From IMG/VR virus record IMGVR_UViG_3300032272_000002, positions 96,001-160,000 of that record: 64,000 bases of DNA; one strand, written 5' to 3'. This stretch comes from a virus. The notes under the pieces are model-generated. The model was not told the origin of the DNA, ran no database searches, and worked only from the letters and a program-made list of their open reading frames with translations. Positions 26,908 through 37,264 of this stretch are shown piece after piece. Within the stretch, counting starts at the first letter, position 1; each line of letters opens with the position of its first letter. The translations under genes were made by a program, and so were the position numbers.

Positions 26908-28372
26908 TCTTTTTATACTTTGCTTTACGCTGTTGTTCTTGGCGACGATTACGCTCTTCATCAAAGTCTACCGCACCAATACCTAGTTCAGTAAACTTAC
27001 CGCACGATAGGTCGGCGTTGAAGTTGATGTATCCATTCGTAGTGCCCTTGCCATATCGAGCAGCAAATACATTCACGAGGTGTGTGCCATTGGCATCCAT
27101 GGAACGCTCCTCTTCACTCTTGCACTTTAGATATGTGATAGAGGTAACGTTCTCGCTGATTCTCTTGCCCCCAGCAACACAACCGATGCCGCTATCGATC
27201 TGCTGGTTGGTTTGTCCGAATGCGATGATGGGGATGTTATACTTGGTAGCAAGGTCGTGCAACGCCGCCACGTTCAGGCCGTGGGCCTGCCATTCAGCCA
27301 CGCCACCCTTGATCTCATCTCTACTTGCCAGCTTCAGATAATCATAAACAACTAAGCACTGAGGCATCTTGCTGTTGCGATCAGGCTTAACTCTCGTAAG
27401 AAGCCAGCGACGGACGTGAGGGATAACCTCTTGAACCGACATGCCAGAGATAGACACGTACTCGATAGGTAGATTTTCTACTACCTGCCAAAAGTGATCG
27501 TCCCTCATGCGATTACTATAAAGAGTAATTCGATCCAGTTCATCTTGATCTGTGATCCCCTCTTTGCGTAGCTGGTCATTGGTCATCTTCCAATAGCCAG
27601 TTTCAATGATATCATAAGGAACTTCGGCAAGCTGTGCTACGGCTCGAATCATTTGATCCTGCTTATTCAGCTCGCTATCTAGAATGAGCACGGGTAGGTT
27701 GAGCTTATGTGCGGCGATCAAGCCAGCCCTCAGGCCGAACTGACTCTTGCCAGACTTGGTAGTACCCACGAAGAAGGAGACAGAGCCATTACGGAATTGA
27801 CCAATGCGACTCTGTAATACAGGGAAGCCCAGGTCCAATCCAACGTGTCCAGGGTCATCAGCAATTGACTCCACCTTAGCACGGGCATCCTCCAGCAAGT
27901 ACTTGATAGAGTGCTCACCCTTGTCGAGCATACTGACGCGACCAACAACAAGGTCTTCTACCTTGCCAATCATCTTCGATAGCGGATCAGATGTGTTTCT
28001 AAGATATTGTCTTACATCTTCTGTAGCCTGGATGTAGTCAGACATGAGCGACTGGCGTTTGACTTCAATGAAGTGTTCTGCAAGCTCGTGCTCGTTGACT
28101 TGTTCCTGGAAAAGCTCATCTAGCCAATCACCGTTACGTACTTGGGCAAGGTAGTTAGGATAGCCTAGGCTCTTGGCGGAAGACACCAGCTTAGCTTTAC
28201 TGATATTCTGAGCACCCTGGTTAATCATCAAATGATGAAGTGCCAACCATGTCATCTGAGCACCGTCAGACGAAAAGTGATCCTCATCTAAATACTGACA
28301 GTATTCAAAAAAGGAATCGGGATGTCGCAACATCCCTGCCAGCAGAAGTTTTTCAGCAGCATTATTCGACAT
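26891..28372 (-). CDS. dnaB: Replicative DNA helicase (SF4)
   Basis: Walker A GTTKSGKS, DSEL, VYDYLK, FGQTN, ARYG. Confidence 0.88.
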   Translation of the reverse strand: MSNNAAEKLLLAGMLRHPDSFFEYCQYLDEDHFSSDGAQMTWLALHHLMINQGAQNISKAKLVSSAKSLGYPNYLAQVRNGDWLDELFQEQVNEHELAEHFIEVKRQSLMSDYIQATEDVRQYLRNTSDPLSKMIGKVEDLVVGRVSMLDKGEHSIKYLLEDARAKVESIADDPGHVGLDLGFPVLQSRIGQFRNGSVSFFVGTTKSGKSQFGLRAGLIAAHKLNLPVLILDSELNKQDQMIRAVAQLAEVPYDIIETGYWKMTNDQLRKEGITDQDELDRITLYSNRMRDDHFWQVVENLPIEYVSISGMSVQEVIPHVRRWLLTRVKPDRNSKMPQCLVVYDYLKLASRDEIKGGVAEWQAHGLNVAALHDLATKYNIPIIAFGQTNQQIDSGIGCVAGGKRISENVTSITYLKCKSEEERSMDANGTHLVNVFAARYGKGTTNGYINFNADLSCGKFTELGIGAVDFDEERNRRQEQQRKAKYKKNDDDD

Positions 28373-28781
28373 CGCGAGTCTCCTGAATAAGCTCCATAAG
28401 TTCAGTCGATGATAAGTTACTGTCTCGTACTTCGATTAATGTAATGTCGTTCAATTCGCACCATTCGCGTTTTTTGCTGTCTCGAATAAGTTGACGCTCA
28501 AAGCCGTCTTTGTCGCCATGAAAATGTTCAACGTACTTGTCGTGCTGTATGCCCTGAAACTCAAAAGCTAATCCATGCTGTGGCATATAAAAGTCTAAAG
28601 ACAACCTGCTATCTGGGATGGGAAATTCTTCCAAGAGGGTTGCGGGGCCATACAGTTGTTTGATTTGTCTACCAAGATTGAACTGACCAAACGACCTAGA
28701 CTTGTCTCTAGATCTCACAGGATACCGTGAAGGCACAATATCCATACGCACCTCGCGGTTACTCAGGGTCAGAAATTTCAT
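28362..28781 (-). CDS. Vsr/DUF559-like PD-(D/E)XK endonuclease
   Basis: LDFY, AFEFQGIQH, RDSKKREWC..ITLIEV. Confidence 0.75.
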   Translation of the reverse strand: MKFLTLSNREVRMDIVPSRYPVRSRDKSRSFGQFNLGRQIKQLYGPATLLEEFPIPDSRLSLDFYMPQHGLAFEFQGIQHDKYVEHFHGDKDGFERQLIRDSKKREWCELNDITLIEVRDSNLSSTELMELIQETRDVE

Positions 28782-29937
28782 CTAAGAAGTTGTCCACGGC
28801 ATGGTGGCCGGGATTTAGTGTTTTTTCGTACATGTCTGCCAGCTTAAGTAATAGTCGCTGATCTAAGATCAGCCTCCTGGCTGCATCGTACTGCTTCATA
28901 GCAATGGTGACAGGTTCGCCTTTCTCGTCAACCGCAAACTCGCCAGTATCGATATCGACAGTCGGCAGTAAAACTTGCTTACCGCCCCGGCCACCAAATC
29001 TTAAGACGCCAAGACCAAGACAGCGAGATACTAGTTCACGCTCACGGAAAATTCCATTCTTGAGAAGAATATGGAACTCACCTTCGTTACCGTCAGGAGC
29101 CAGCTTGTTTTTGACAATCTTATATCTGATAATGACACCAACCTTTTCGCCATCAGTGTCTTTGATTACATCATCTTTACGCGGCTTGTTGAGCTGAATA
29201 CGTTGTGAAGCATAGTACTTCATTGCCAGTCCACCAGGCGTATCATTCGGGTCGCCGTACATCGTAATCTTCTGACGAATTTGATTGACAAAAATGAGAG
29301 CCACCTTGTTGTCCTCGGCGTCTGCCACGAGCTTACGCATGGCATCAGACATGAGCTTCGCCAGGTTACCAACCTTTGCCGTGCCAATCTCTCCAGACAA
29401 TACGGCCTCGGGTTGGGCGGCATCAATCGAGTCAAGAGCTGCTACACCATTCGGAACCATCTGTGCAAACCGACGCATAGCCTCAAGCCCTTGTTCGCCA
29501 GTGCGAGCATTCACAATCCAGAGAGGACATGCGGAATGAGGCTCAGGCTTACCCGCTGCTTTGGCTTTCATATTCTCAACCGCCTCTTCCAAGAATGGAC
29601 GAAGAGGGCGGACAGTACGCATCAAAGAAAGGTTAAGGTTCTTTTCCATATTAACATATAGACAAGTCTTGCCTCTGATTAATGCTTGACCAATAATCTC
29701 CAGAATCAAAGTGGTCTTGCAGGTTCCTTCTGCTCCAAATACTTCTGTGATACGCCCCTCCGCAAAGGGAGTGACGAGATCATAGTCGAGATTATAGGAA
29801 CCGCAGTAATTAGGTAGGGGATCTTCGATGTCACCCGCCGACATCACCCGCACTCCATCCTGTTCCATCTCCTGCTTGAAGAACTTAAAATCTGCCACTA
29901 CCGGCTCATCATCTGTCTTTTTCTTACGCTTGGCCAT
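28759..29937 (-). CDS. recA: RecA recombinase
   Basis: GRITEVFGAEGTCKTT, LDSI, FVNQIR, TPGG.AMKYYASQR, KNKLAP. Confidence 0.93.
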   Translation of the reverse strand: MAKRKKKTDDEPVVADFKFFKQEMEQDGVRVMSAGDIEDPLPNYCGSYNLDYDLVTPFAEGRITEVFGAEGTCKTTLILEIIGQALIRGKTCLYVNMEKNLNLSLMRTVRPLRPFLEEAVENMKAKAAGKPEPHSACPLWIVNARTGEQGLEAMRRFAQMVPNGVAALDSIDAAQPEAVLSGEIGTAKVGNLAKLMSDAMRKLVADAEDNKVALIFVNQIRQKITMYGDPNDTPGGLAMKYYASQRIQLNKPRKDDVIKDTDGEKVGVIIRYKIVKNKLAPDGNEGEFHILLKNGIFRERELVSRCLGLGVLRFGGRGGKQVLLPTVDIDTGEFAVDEKGEPVTIAMKQYDAARRLILDQRLLLKLADMYEKTLNPGHHAVDNFLDEISDPE

Positions 29938-30364
29938 TTTCTAACTCCTTCAAAAAATCTACTAGGCTCTTGGGTTTCTGTGTCTTGTACCCAGCTACAT
30001 CGACACCAGTGGTTTGCAATGATTTACGACGCTCGTCATACATCCTGACCAAATCATCAAGGTCGTGGCGACGTAGGAGCTTCTTCGCCACGACCGCCAT
30101 CTTCCCGAACTCCATCCCTCGGATGGTCACGGGGCGGCATTTATAAATATAAAATGCCAATTGGTCGGCATCAATCTCAAAGTCCCGCATCAGCTTCTTG
30201 ATACACGCCACCATCTGGCCCCACTCTCGCCCCGTAGCTTTTCCCTTCCAGGGATGATCTCCTAGCTGTAGGTTCTTATTTAGCCAGATGAGTTCAGTGA
30301 GCATATTTGCAGCGTCATGCAGAACTCCCGAGGAAGTGATAGAAGGATATAACATCTCATCCAT
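29924..30364 (-). CDS. Hypothetical protein
   Basis: AAGGGAG RBS upstream of ATG 30364; packed between neighbours. Confidence 0.7.
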   Translation of the reverse strand: MDEMLYPSITSSGVLHDAANMLTELIWLNKNLQLGDHPWKGKATGREWGQMVACIKKLMRDFEIDADQLAFYIYKCRPVTIRGMEFGKMAVVAKKLLRRHDLDDLVRMYDERRKSLQTTGVDVAGYKTQKPKSLVDFLKELENGQA

Positions 30365-30803
30365 TGTGTTCGTCTCCCTTGTTAATGATGGCGGCCTGGT
30401 CCTCAGGATCGAACTCGCGGACTTCCTGGTTGATGTTCCCATTGTCGTCAACCCAGATGATGGTTACTTCTTCGTCTTTAATAAAACCAATGCCTCGCCA
30501 AAAGGTTTCACCTATTGCACCGCCGAACCACGCTCCCATCTTAGAACTCTGCCAGTAACCATCGATCTGTACTCGGCCATCGTCTGCCTTATAAGCGAGG
30601 AGCTTGACGAACTTGCCGTAGGCTTCTAATCGTAGATTGGTGATCTGTAAATTATGAATCTCTACATAATCCTGCAATCTTCGCCAGGCTGGCTTGAGCT
30701 TGGGGGTCTTGTCTTCGAATACTGTGCTGCCATCGGACAAAGAGGCGATCCAGCGGTTGCCCTTAAGGACGTGTGGGTGTCTTGAATTAAATGCTAAAGT
30801 CAT
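30357..30803 (-). CDS. Hypothetical protein (first gene of the replication block)
   Basis: 148-aa ORF directly after a terminator. Confidence 0.75.
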   Translation of the reverse strand: MTLAFNSRHPHVLKGNRWIASLSDGSTVFEDKTPKLKPAWRRLQDYVEIHNLQITNLRLEAYGKFVKLLAYKADDGRVQIDGYWQSSKMGAWFGGAIGETFWRGIGFIKDEEVTIIWVDDNGNINQEVREFDPEDQAAIINKGDEHNG

Positions 30804-30853
30804 GGCGTTCTACAGTGTGACGGTAGAATGGTGTCATGACAGGGCCTCGTGTC

Positions 30854-30894
30854 AAACAAAAAGGGCGACATTCTTTGACAGAACATCGCCCCTT
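30854..30894 (-). terminator. Rho-independent terminator ending the structural operon
   Basis: Minus strand GGGCGATGTTCT-GTCAA-AGAATGTCGCCC followed by TTTTTGTTT. The G-U pairs only form on the minus strand. Confidence 0.85.
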
Positions 30895-30912
30895 ATTTTC
30901 TAATAAATCGGC

Positions 30913-31587
30913 TTACAGGAACTCAAGCTGGAGATAGTAGGCAAAGTTAATCTTACGCCCCGCCGCACCAGGAGTAGCACTGAGGATTAAGTGATAATCG
31001 TGTACGTGTGCTTCGGCAGCTTGGTCATCCAGTGCTAACTCGGCACCGCCGCTTGAAATTTCTGACCACGCAGTATTGCCAGTAAAGTTTTCAGTGTCCG
31101 CAAGCTGAGCGGCCTGTACTGTAATGCCTGTCGCAAGATCCGACACATCGAGCACGTTGTTGTTGGCGTCCAGATTAATAGCACGTAATACAGCCTGCTG
31201 GGTAATAACCGCAGTGCCATTGGGCTCTGTGAATCGTGCAAGTAGTGTGCCAGACTCAGAAGGAATGTTTTCTAGACCAGCAGAAAACGCAACGCCAGAT
31301 ACCTCTGCTAGAGCGGCACCCGTGAACTTTACGTTAATAAACGTCCCTAGGTCAGTGCCAAGCTCATCGGTACGGTGACTACGGTCTTGATATTGACCAA
31401 CAATTACTGGACTACTGGGAGCACCATTTGCACCGAAGAACCCAAGGCGGTTCGGCGTACCAGCGGCGGCGGCACTGTGAAGGTTTACGATCTCAAGAAC
31501 CGGAGTAGCACGGCCTCGGCCATATAGGGAGGCAATCGTGTCACCAACGGCTCCAGAGCCCGAGAAGAATCTAATTCCACTAACCAT
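30913..31587 (-). CDS. Putative virion structural protein
   Basis: Ala/Gly-rich, beta-type sequence with an AAGGA RBS and upstream promoter motif. Confidence 0.65.
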   Translation of the reverse strand: MVSGIRFFSGSGAVGDTIASLYGRGRATPVLEIVNLHSAAAAGTPNRLGFFGANGAPSSPVIVGQYQDRSHRTDELGTDLGTFINVKFTGAALAEVSGVAFSAGLENIPSESGTLLARFTEPNGTAVITQQAVLRAINLDANNNVLDVSDLATGITVQAAQLADTENFTGNTAWSEISSGGAELALDDQAAEAHVHDYHLILSATPGAAGRKINFAYYLQLEFL

Positions 31588-31668
31588 TATATTTTATTCC
31601 TTTTGAAGGAGGAGCTATCCGAGGAATACTACTCAATTCTAGCTATGGCTGAAATACCAACGCTCTAA

Positions 31669-31680
31669 AAAGTACACTAA
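31669..31680 (-). promoter_or_regulatory. Putative late promoter motif TTAGTG-TACTTT
   Basis: One of five intergenic TTAGTGTA copies. Confidence 0.6.
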
Positions 31681-33917
31681 TCAATATCGTGGAGGATACC
31701 CTCCCATGGGAATTCCTCAGGGACACCACCGAATGGAATAGAGGGGGCAGAATGATTTCTGAATCTAGTGCCCTCTACAGCCTCCCAGAAGCTACCTCTC
31801 TCGATAATGCGGAAGAGCCACATGTCATCATCGGCTTGAAAGAACATCCATACACCATCTCTAACATGAGTCGAACCAGTCACTTCAAAGATTTGATGAA
31901 TAATAACCCTGGACGGTGCGATCTGTAGGAACTTTTCTAGACGTGTTGGTTTCGCAGAGTCATGGGTGAATTCACCAGCTTCGTCAGCAGGAGCAGATGG
32001 TTCAACACTGATGCTCCATACGCCGATACCGCTTGATGATCCAGCCCCACCAGTCAATGATAGTAACGGATCTCCCGTTTGAATATTTCCACCGATAGTA
32101 TACAAAAGCTGTGAACCGTCCCAGTGGCGGCGACGAGCAATAGCCGGGCCGCTTCCTAAGAAGGTGCCCGTATGAGTATAGCTGCTATTGAATCTATCGA
32201 TAGTACCATTTTCATTCCATACGTAAATACTACTGCCGTCGTATACGCACCCATCAATCCGTGAATAGGCGACCAGATCAGCGTCTTCGCCAATCATGAC
32301 AAAATTAGCTTCCGTCTCGGCGGCATGGTCTAGTGTTGTTTTATTATATCTCTGAAAAAAGACAGAACGATCAAATTCGTCTAACGCATCGTCTGCATCA
32401 GGCGTCAATACGGCTCGGAAAATTTGACTGACACGCACAAACTGTCCACCAATATCCATAAGTCCCAAATGATAACCGAACGCACCTGGCTGTGGCGGAA
32501 TCGGACGATACCCAGTGGCCGATGGGCCAGTAGAAGCAATAGTTAATTCAGCAGGACGATACCATACTGGAGTTCCTGTGTATGGAGAGATCGGATATAA
32601 GCCACGCGATAAGACTGTGCCTGGCGGGCTAGATTCACCACTGCCATGAGGGCCCGTAGTCCAAATGGCGTCGTTCATAACATGAATACCCAACGCAGAG
32701 TTTTGATCTAACTCGAAAGCATCTCCACCTGAGTTGCCCCTATCAACAAGCTGTTGCCCATCAATTAAATTTGAATTAATGGCGGGAGACAAGTCCGGAG
32801 TACCAGACAGCTTACGCACCTGTCCTTGTGGGAACAGGCTAACGAAACCAGACGGGATCGCAGTAGTCGGCACGTTAGCTTTTGTGTTATGAACTAATAG
32901 GCGGTATAGACCACTTGATTGGACGGTCGGAGTACGGTAGCATCTGGCTGAACTGTCATTCCTGCCAACACCATCACGAACAGCTCGTAAGCCTTGGACG
33001 TGATTTGTATAATCATTAGTAAACGTTACGGTCTGCTCAAAGTTACTATCATTGCCTTTGACTAGCTCCATAGTAGTTTCGGGAAGTAGGCAATAACCAT
33101 CAATCTGTACTACGCCAGATTCTAGGGCGGCAAAATTTGTTTGTAATCTAAACGAACCCGTCACGGTATCTGACTCGTAACGTGAAGCTAATACGCTTGG
33201 GATTGCACCGAGAGTAGTTTGTACAACTGGATACACGGGGCCAAATCTAAACCTAAGGCCATCAGTTGTGCCAGTGAAATTATTTCCAAAGCGAGGGAAT
33301 GGAAAAGGATTGAACACTACTTCGCCACAGTCGATATCATAAATTACGCCAGAGCCACCCAACCAATGGTCATCTGTTGTGGTGATAAAGTCCCCACCAG
33401 TCACATCTTCTAGGGGCGGATGTAAAAAATTGGCCGCGATCAGGCTAAAGATCTGTAGCGGGAAAAAGGGTTGAGCAATAACGTATCCGCCACTAGGGCT
33501 TTCGGGGTATGCCGTTTGTAACCAGGCGATCTTAAAGTCAATTTCTCCATATTGGGAGTCGTCCGCATAGAGATCAAACAGGAAGGTGTCAAACTGGAAA
33601 CGTAACTGTTCAATATTATCGATTGACTCTAACGAATGAACATTACCAACATGCCCTTCAAGCGTATCTCCATTAGCCTTGGGCTCAAAGCCAGACGATG
33701 GAATATCAGGATGAGTATAAAGCTGATACGTAAGAAAATCTAGTTGTTCAAAATTCCACTTACGTAACTCGGCATTGTAGACGAACATAGCCTGCTCAAT
33801 AGTGACACCGGACATACCGATGTTAGGCGTATTAACACCAGGCCATGCACCCTTGGGAGCACGGATGGGTAACGGGGCGTCAAATTCGTAGGGCATTTGC
33901 CCCGATGCAACTACCAT
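31677..33917 (-). CDS. Putative tail/baseplate protein (possible C-terminal beta-propeller)
   Basis: 746 aa, beta-rich, distal tail position. Confidence 0.6.
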   Translation of the reverse strand: MVVASGQMPYEFDAPLPIRAPKGAWPGVNTPNIGMSGVTIEQAMFVYNAELRKWNFEQLDFLTYQLYTHPDIPSSGFEPKANGDTLEGHVGNVHSLESIDNIEQLRFQFDTFLFDLYADDSQYGEIDFKIAWLQTAYPESPSGGYVIAQPFFPLQIFSLIAANFLHPPLEDVTGGDFITTTDDHWLGGSGVIYDIDCGEVVFNPFPFPRFGNNFTGTTDGLRFRFGPVYPVVQTTLGAIPSVLASRYESDTVTGSFRLQTNFAALESGVVQIDGYCLLPETTMELVKGNDSNFEQTVTFTNDYTNHVQGLRAVRDGVGRNDSSARCYRTPTVQSSGLYRLLVHNTKANVPTTAIPSGFVSLFPQGQVRKLSGTPDLSPAINSNLIDGQQLVDRGNSGGDAFELDQNSALGIHVMNDAIWTTGPHGSGESSPPGTVLSRGLYPISPYTGTPVWYRPAELTIASTGPSATGYRPIPPQPGAFGYHLGLMDIGGQFVRVSQIFRAVLTPDADDALDEFDRSVFFQRYNKTTLDHAAETEANFVMIGEDADLVAYSRIDGCVYDGSSIYVWNENGTIDRFNSSYTHTGTFLGSGPAIARRRHWDGSQLLYTIGGNIQTGDPLLSLTGGAGSSSGIGVWSISVEPSAPADEAGEFTHDSAKPTRLEKFLQIAPSRVIIHQIFEVTGSTHVRDGVWMFFQADDDMWLFRIIERGSFWEAVEGTRFRNHSAPSIPFGGVPEEFPWEGILHDID

Positions 33918-36900
33918 TATCCGAATCTCCGCTTAGCAGGTCTTACGATCTCGACAAAGCTTACAACATTTGTCTTTCCAAAACCACCACTCGGCGTAGT
34001 AGTAGACGTTGATAGGTAACCTCGATCACCCGAAGCGGCTAGTTCTGGGAATGGAATAGGAACAACATTTGAGAACGTCTGGCCTGATGCAATTGAAAAC
34101 GAGCCATCTGCATTCAGGCCCAATTCTTTGCAAAATGCTCTGGCGGTGGCTTCACCAACATTGGACGAGATGGAAACAATCTCTACAGCAGTTACGCCAG
34201 CGGCATCTTGAATAGTACCATTCATAAAAATAGTACCATTAGATGCACCGGGAGACACGGGAGCATCTCCCTGTGACACAATAGTAGTCTTATCGCCAAT
34301 TTGAACACTGCCATTCAATACTTCAATGCCGAAGATAGCACGCTCTGTACCGGCGGCGAGAGCAGACGGATCAACAATCGTCACGTCGTACAGGTTGGAG
34401 TCAGCCACGTTAGTACGCTGCACTTCGACAATCGTGCCATTGGCAAACGCTCGTCCTTGTGTGAAGTAACGCTGAATAGAGTTGCCGCCGGGTAGCTCAA
34501 AGTCATCGGTATGATATAAGGCTTCATCTGCTAAGTTTAGGAAGCCATCAATACAGATAGCACCATCTTGGAAGTCTTGCTGTCCACCGCCAAACCCAAA
34601 TGATTTAGACGGCTTCAGGTATTGGTGTTGATCTCTACCGCGATAACGCTCATCTTCTTCTGTGCCAGGAGTACTAGCGAGAGAAAAGACATTGTTTACT
34701 TCAACAATCGTAACGCGAACGGCTCGCTCTTCAGAGTCAAAGAAGGGCGGCGGTACAAACGAATCACCCGGTACGCTTGGGCTCGACGCAGGCGGCGGAT
34801 TCTGATTCAAGAGCTGAAGATCAGTAAAGTCAATTGGGTTAATAATGCCATTCAGAATAGCACGGACACGCTCTCCGAGCGGTGCTTCTTTTCCAAATTG
34901 CGGAAAGTAGCTTTGAATCTTGTAACGGGTAGAGAATCCTGTCTGACCGAAGCTAATGTTAAGCTCACTGACGCCATGGCTAATCTCGCCGTATTCACCT
35001 GAAGTGCCAATACCCTGATCGGCAAACGCATCAAACGACAAGAGTGGCAAGCCTACTTGCTGAAAGTCGCCATAGCGAGAGAAGCTCTTCGGTACAATCT
35101 TGCCTTCGATACGACGCACCGCACGATCAGTCATGATTTGAAGAGACGTTTGGTTACCATCGGGAGAGAACGCCCACGGCACAAATTGGTCATCAAGCTG
35201 TACGTCTTCATCTCGCTCGTAATGGAAGTCTCCCAAGACCCACTGACTTGGATACGTCTGACCATAACGCGAACGAGCCTGAACAGGAATAGCCACGCCA
35301 GAAAGAGAATCGTAAACATTCAGGATCTTGGCCGGGTCTAAAATATCAATCAGACCGGAGCTGCTCAGTTTTGAATTCGTCGTAAGCAGAGTGGCCAAGC
35401 TAGAAATCGTATTGTCTCGAACCAGCCCACCAGACGGACCAGCATTAATTGGCAACTGACACCATAGGGTGCCCTCTGGAAATGCCTCAAAACTGTACAG
35501 GTCATCACTACGTGGGTTAATGACTCGCTGACCGACAATCGTCAAACTGATAGGAATGTAATGCTTACCATCACCAGTCGGGTTGAATGCTGGTGCGTCC
35601 TCAGTCCAATTGCCAAAGCTGGCTGGAACATCGTCGCCCTGCGGGCCATAAATAGTATCTGCTGGTAATACGCAGTGTGCTGCCACGCGGAAGTCATCCG
35701 TCACAAAGGGGCTGATAGGACCAAGCCCTCTATTGATCTCATAATCTTCTACAAATACGCCACTAGACGCCAACGTGCCAGACGCACTGAGCGTGTAACC
35801 CTGAACCTGATTCTCAACGTTGCCCCAGGCCCCTCCTACAAGACGATAAAAGCCAGACGCCTCGTTGAAGAGAATCCCCTCAGCGACATAAGATCTGCCA
35901 TAATGACGAGAAGCATGATTTCTAATACGATTGTAGAATGATAAGGTCCAGTTGTTATTCTCATCTCTTCGATTGCTAATAACACGAAGACCAGAACCTT
36001 CGTTACCTGTCGCCAAACCGGCCAACGGCATGATGGGATCGAGACGACTCTGGAACGTTGGGTGCTGAGCGGCTGTCGCTCCTGGGTCGCCCGTCAATCC
36101 AAATCCGGGAGGATCATCAGTCGTAGCAGTAGTCTGATATCTTTTAAAGTAACTCCACGTCTCAATGCCAGCAAGAGCAAACTGTAGCTCCTTCTCAGAC
36201 GGGATGTACGTACGATAGAAACCATCGGCATCATAGAAGCCAATTGAAAGCTGATCCCAGATCTTAGTAAAGACTACGTTGTTATCAAGGCTTGAGGTGT
36301 CTAGTCCATCGATTGGACTGATAATATCAGAGTTGATAAAACCCTCTTGGTGCCCGCCCAGCACTCTAAAGCGAGTGGGGTCCGACACAACGTCCTGGCC
36401 AAAGCCAATCTGCTTCGTCTCGTTCAGGCCGCTCGCACTGCCAAACTGAGAGACCAAATCTAGGATGTCCGATTCCTCTAGCTCGAACGGCACCTTCTTG
36501 TTGATGATGTTGACACGCTGGTTGTCCATGCCCCAGTACCAATCATAGCCGGTGTCCTGCAATACCCTGGTCAGGGTTTCATCTAGCTGGCTTAGGTTAA
36601 ACTGGAAGCGAATCGCATCTACTGTACCATTGATATTCTGTTCGATCTGAGCAACAGAAGGTAGGATAGAAATCGGCACCGCACAACGACCCTCGTTAAA
36701 AGCAAGGTCGATGGCCGAGAGAACCTGGGCATACGTGCAGCCGAACTGCAAGATTCGCTCGTACTCTTTGATGAGTGGATCAGACGGGTCACCATTGATG
36801 TCGGTCAATCCATTTACCTTGCGATAGGCTCGGGCTACAGAGATCACGCCGCTTGGCACGTCCTCTCCTAAGTCTTCGGTGTGGACCTTAACACGACGAA

Positions 36901-37264
36901 GGCTCTTTCTCTCGTCCTCGACGGTGACTTTAACTACTGTGCCATTAATACTTGACGTATAGTCTGCATGGGTAATGACGCCACGAACTAGGAAGTCGCC
37001 AATAAATACCTCTAACGAATGGCCGATACGTGGTAGTTGTCCAGAGGCACCGTGGAATTCGCACGCCTCTCCGCATGGTACCCATTCTGTGTTGAAGGAG
37101 TGGGGAGTTAGATTAAAACCAAATGTAGAGTTGACAGACGACAAGAACGCACAGAGTTGCGATGCGGGTTGCCCTGGGGCAAACTGTCCGGAAGGCCACT
37201 CGATACCATTCAGCGGGGCTCCAACGCCGCTAACAACAATGCCGTCGCTTACTACAATATTCAT
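33917..37264 (-). CDS. Putative baseplate hub / tail tip protein
   Basis: 1115 aa downstream of the tape measure, with hub-like N-terminus (VTVEDER, GYDWYW). Confidence 0.6.
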   Translation of the reverse strand: MNIVVSDGIVVSGVGAPLNGIEWPSGQFAPGQPASQLCAFLSSVNSTFGFNLTPHSFNTEWVPCGEACEFHGASGQLPRIGHSLEVFIGDFLVRGVITHADYTSSINGTVVKVTVEDERKSLRRVKVHTEDLGEDVPSGVISVARAYRKVNGLTDINGDPSDPLIKEYERILQFGCTYAQVLSAIDLAFNEGRCAVPISILPSVAQIEQNINGTVDAIRFQFNLSQLDETLTRVLQDTGYDWYWGMDNQRVNIINKKVPFELEESDILDLVSQFGSASGLNETKQIGFGQDVVSDPTRFRVLGGHQEGFINSDIISPIDGLDTSSLDNNVVFTKIWDQLSIGFYDADGFYRTYIPSEKELQFALAGIETWSYFKRYQTTATTDDPPGFGLTGDPGATAAQHPTFQSRLDPIMPLAGLATGNEGSGLRVISNRRDENNNWTLSFYNRIRNHASRHYGRSYVAEGILFNEASGFYRLVGGAWGNVENQVQGYTLSASGTLASSGVFVEDYEINRGLGPISPFVTDDFRVAAHCVLPADTIYGPQGDDVPASFGNWTEDAPAFNPTGDGKHYIPISLTIVGQRVINPRSDDLYSFEAFPEGTLWCQLPINAGPSGGLVRDNTISSLATLLTTNSKLSSSGLIDILDPAKILNVYDSLSGVAIPVQARSRYGQTYPSQWVLGDFHYERDEDVQLDDQFVPWAFSPDGNQTSLQIMTDRAVRRIEGKIVPKSFSRYGDFQQVGLPLLSFDAFADQGIGTSGEYGEISHGVSELNISFGQTGFSTRYKIQSYFPQFGKEAPLGERVRAILNGIINPIDFTDLQLLNQNPPPASSPSVPGDSFVPPPFFDSEERAVRVTIVEVNNVFSLASTPGTEEDERYRGRDQHQYLKPSKSFGFGGGQQDFQDGAICIDGFLNLADEALYHTDDFELPGGNSIQRYFTQGRAFANGTIVEVQRTNVADSNLYDVTIVDPSALAAGTERAIFGIEVLNGSVQIGDKTTIVSQGDAPVSPGASNGTIFMNGTIQDAAGVTAVEIVSISSNVGEATARAFCKELGLNADGSFSIASGQTFSNVVPIPFPELAASGDRGYLSTSTTTPSGGFGKTNVVSFVEIVRPAKRRFG

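Noticed and set aside
20313-29937. Inteins or introns in DnaE, DnaB or RecA
   Set aside because: Lengths are normal and no splice-junction or homing-endonuclease motifs are seen.
30820-30856. Sigma-70 promoter for the replication block (TTGACA at 30850-30855, minus strand)
   Set aside because: The best -10 candidate (CATTCT) is 19 nt away and weak. Plausible but not supportable.
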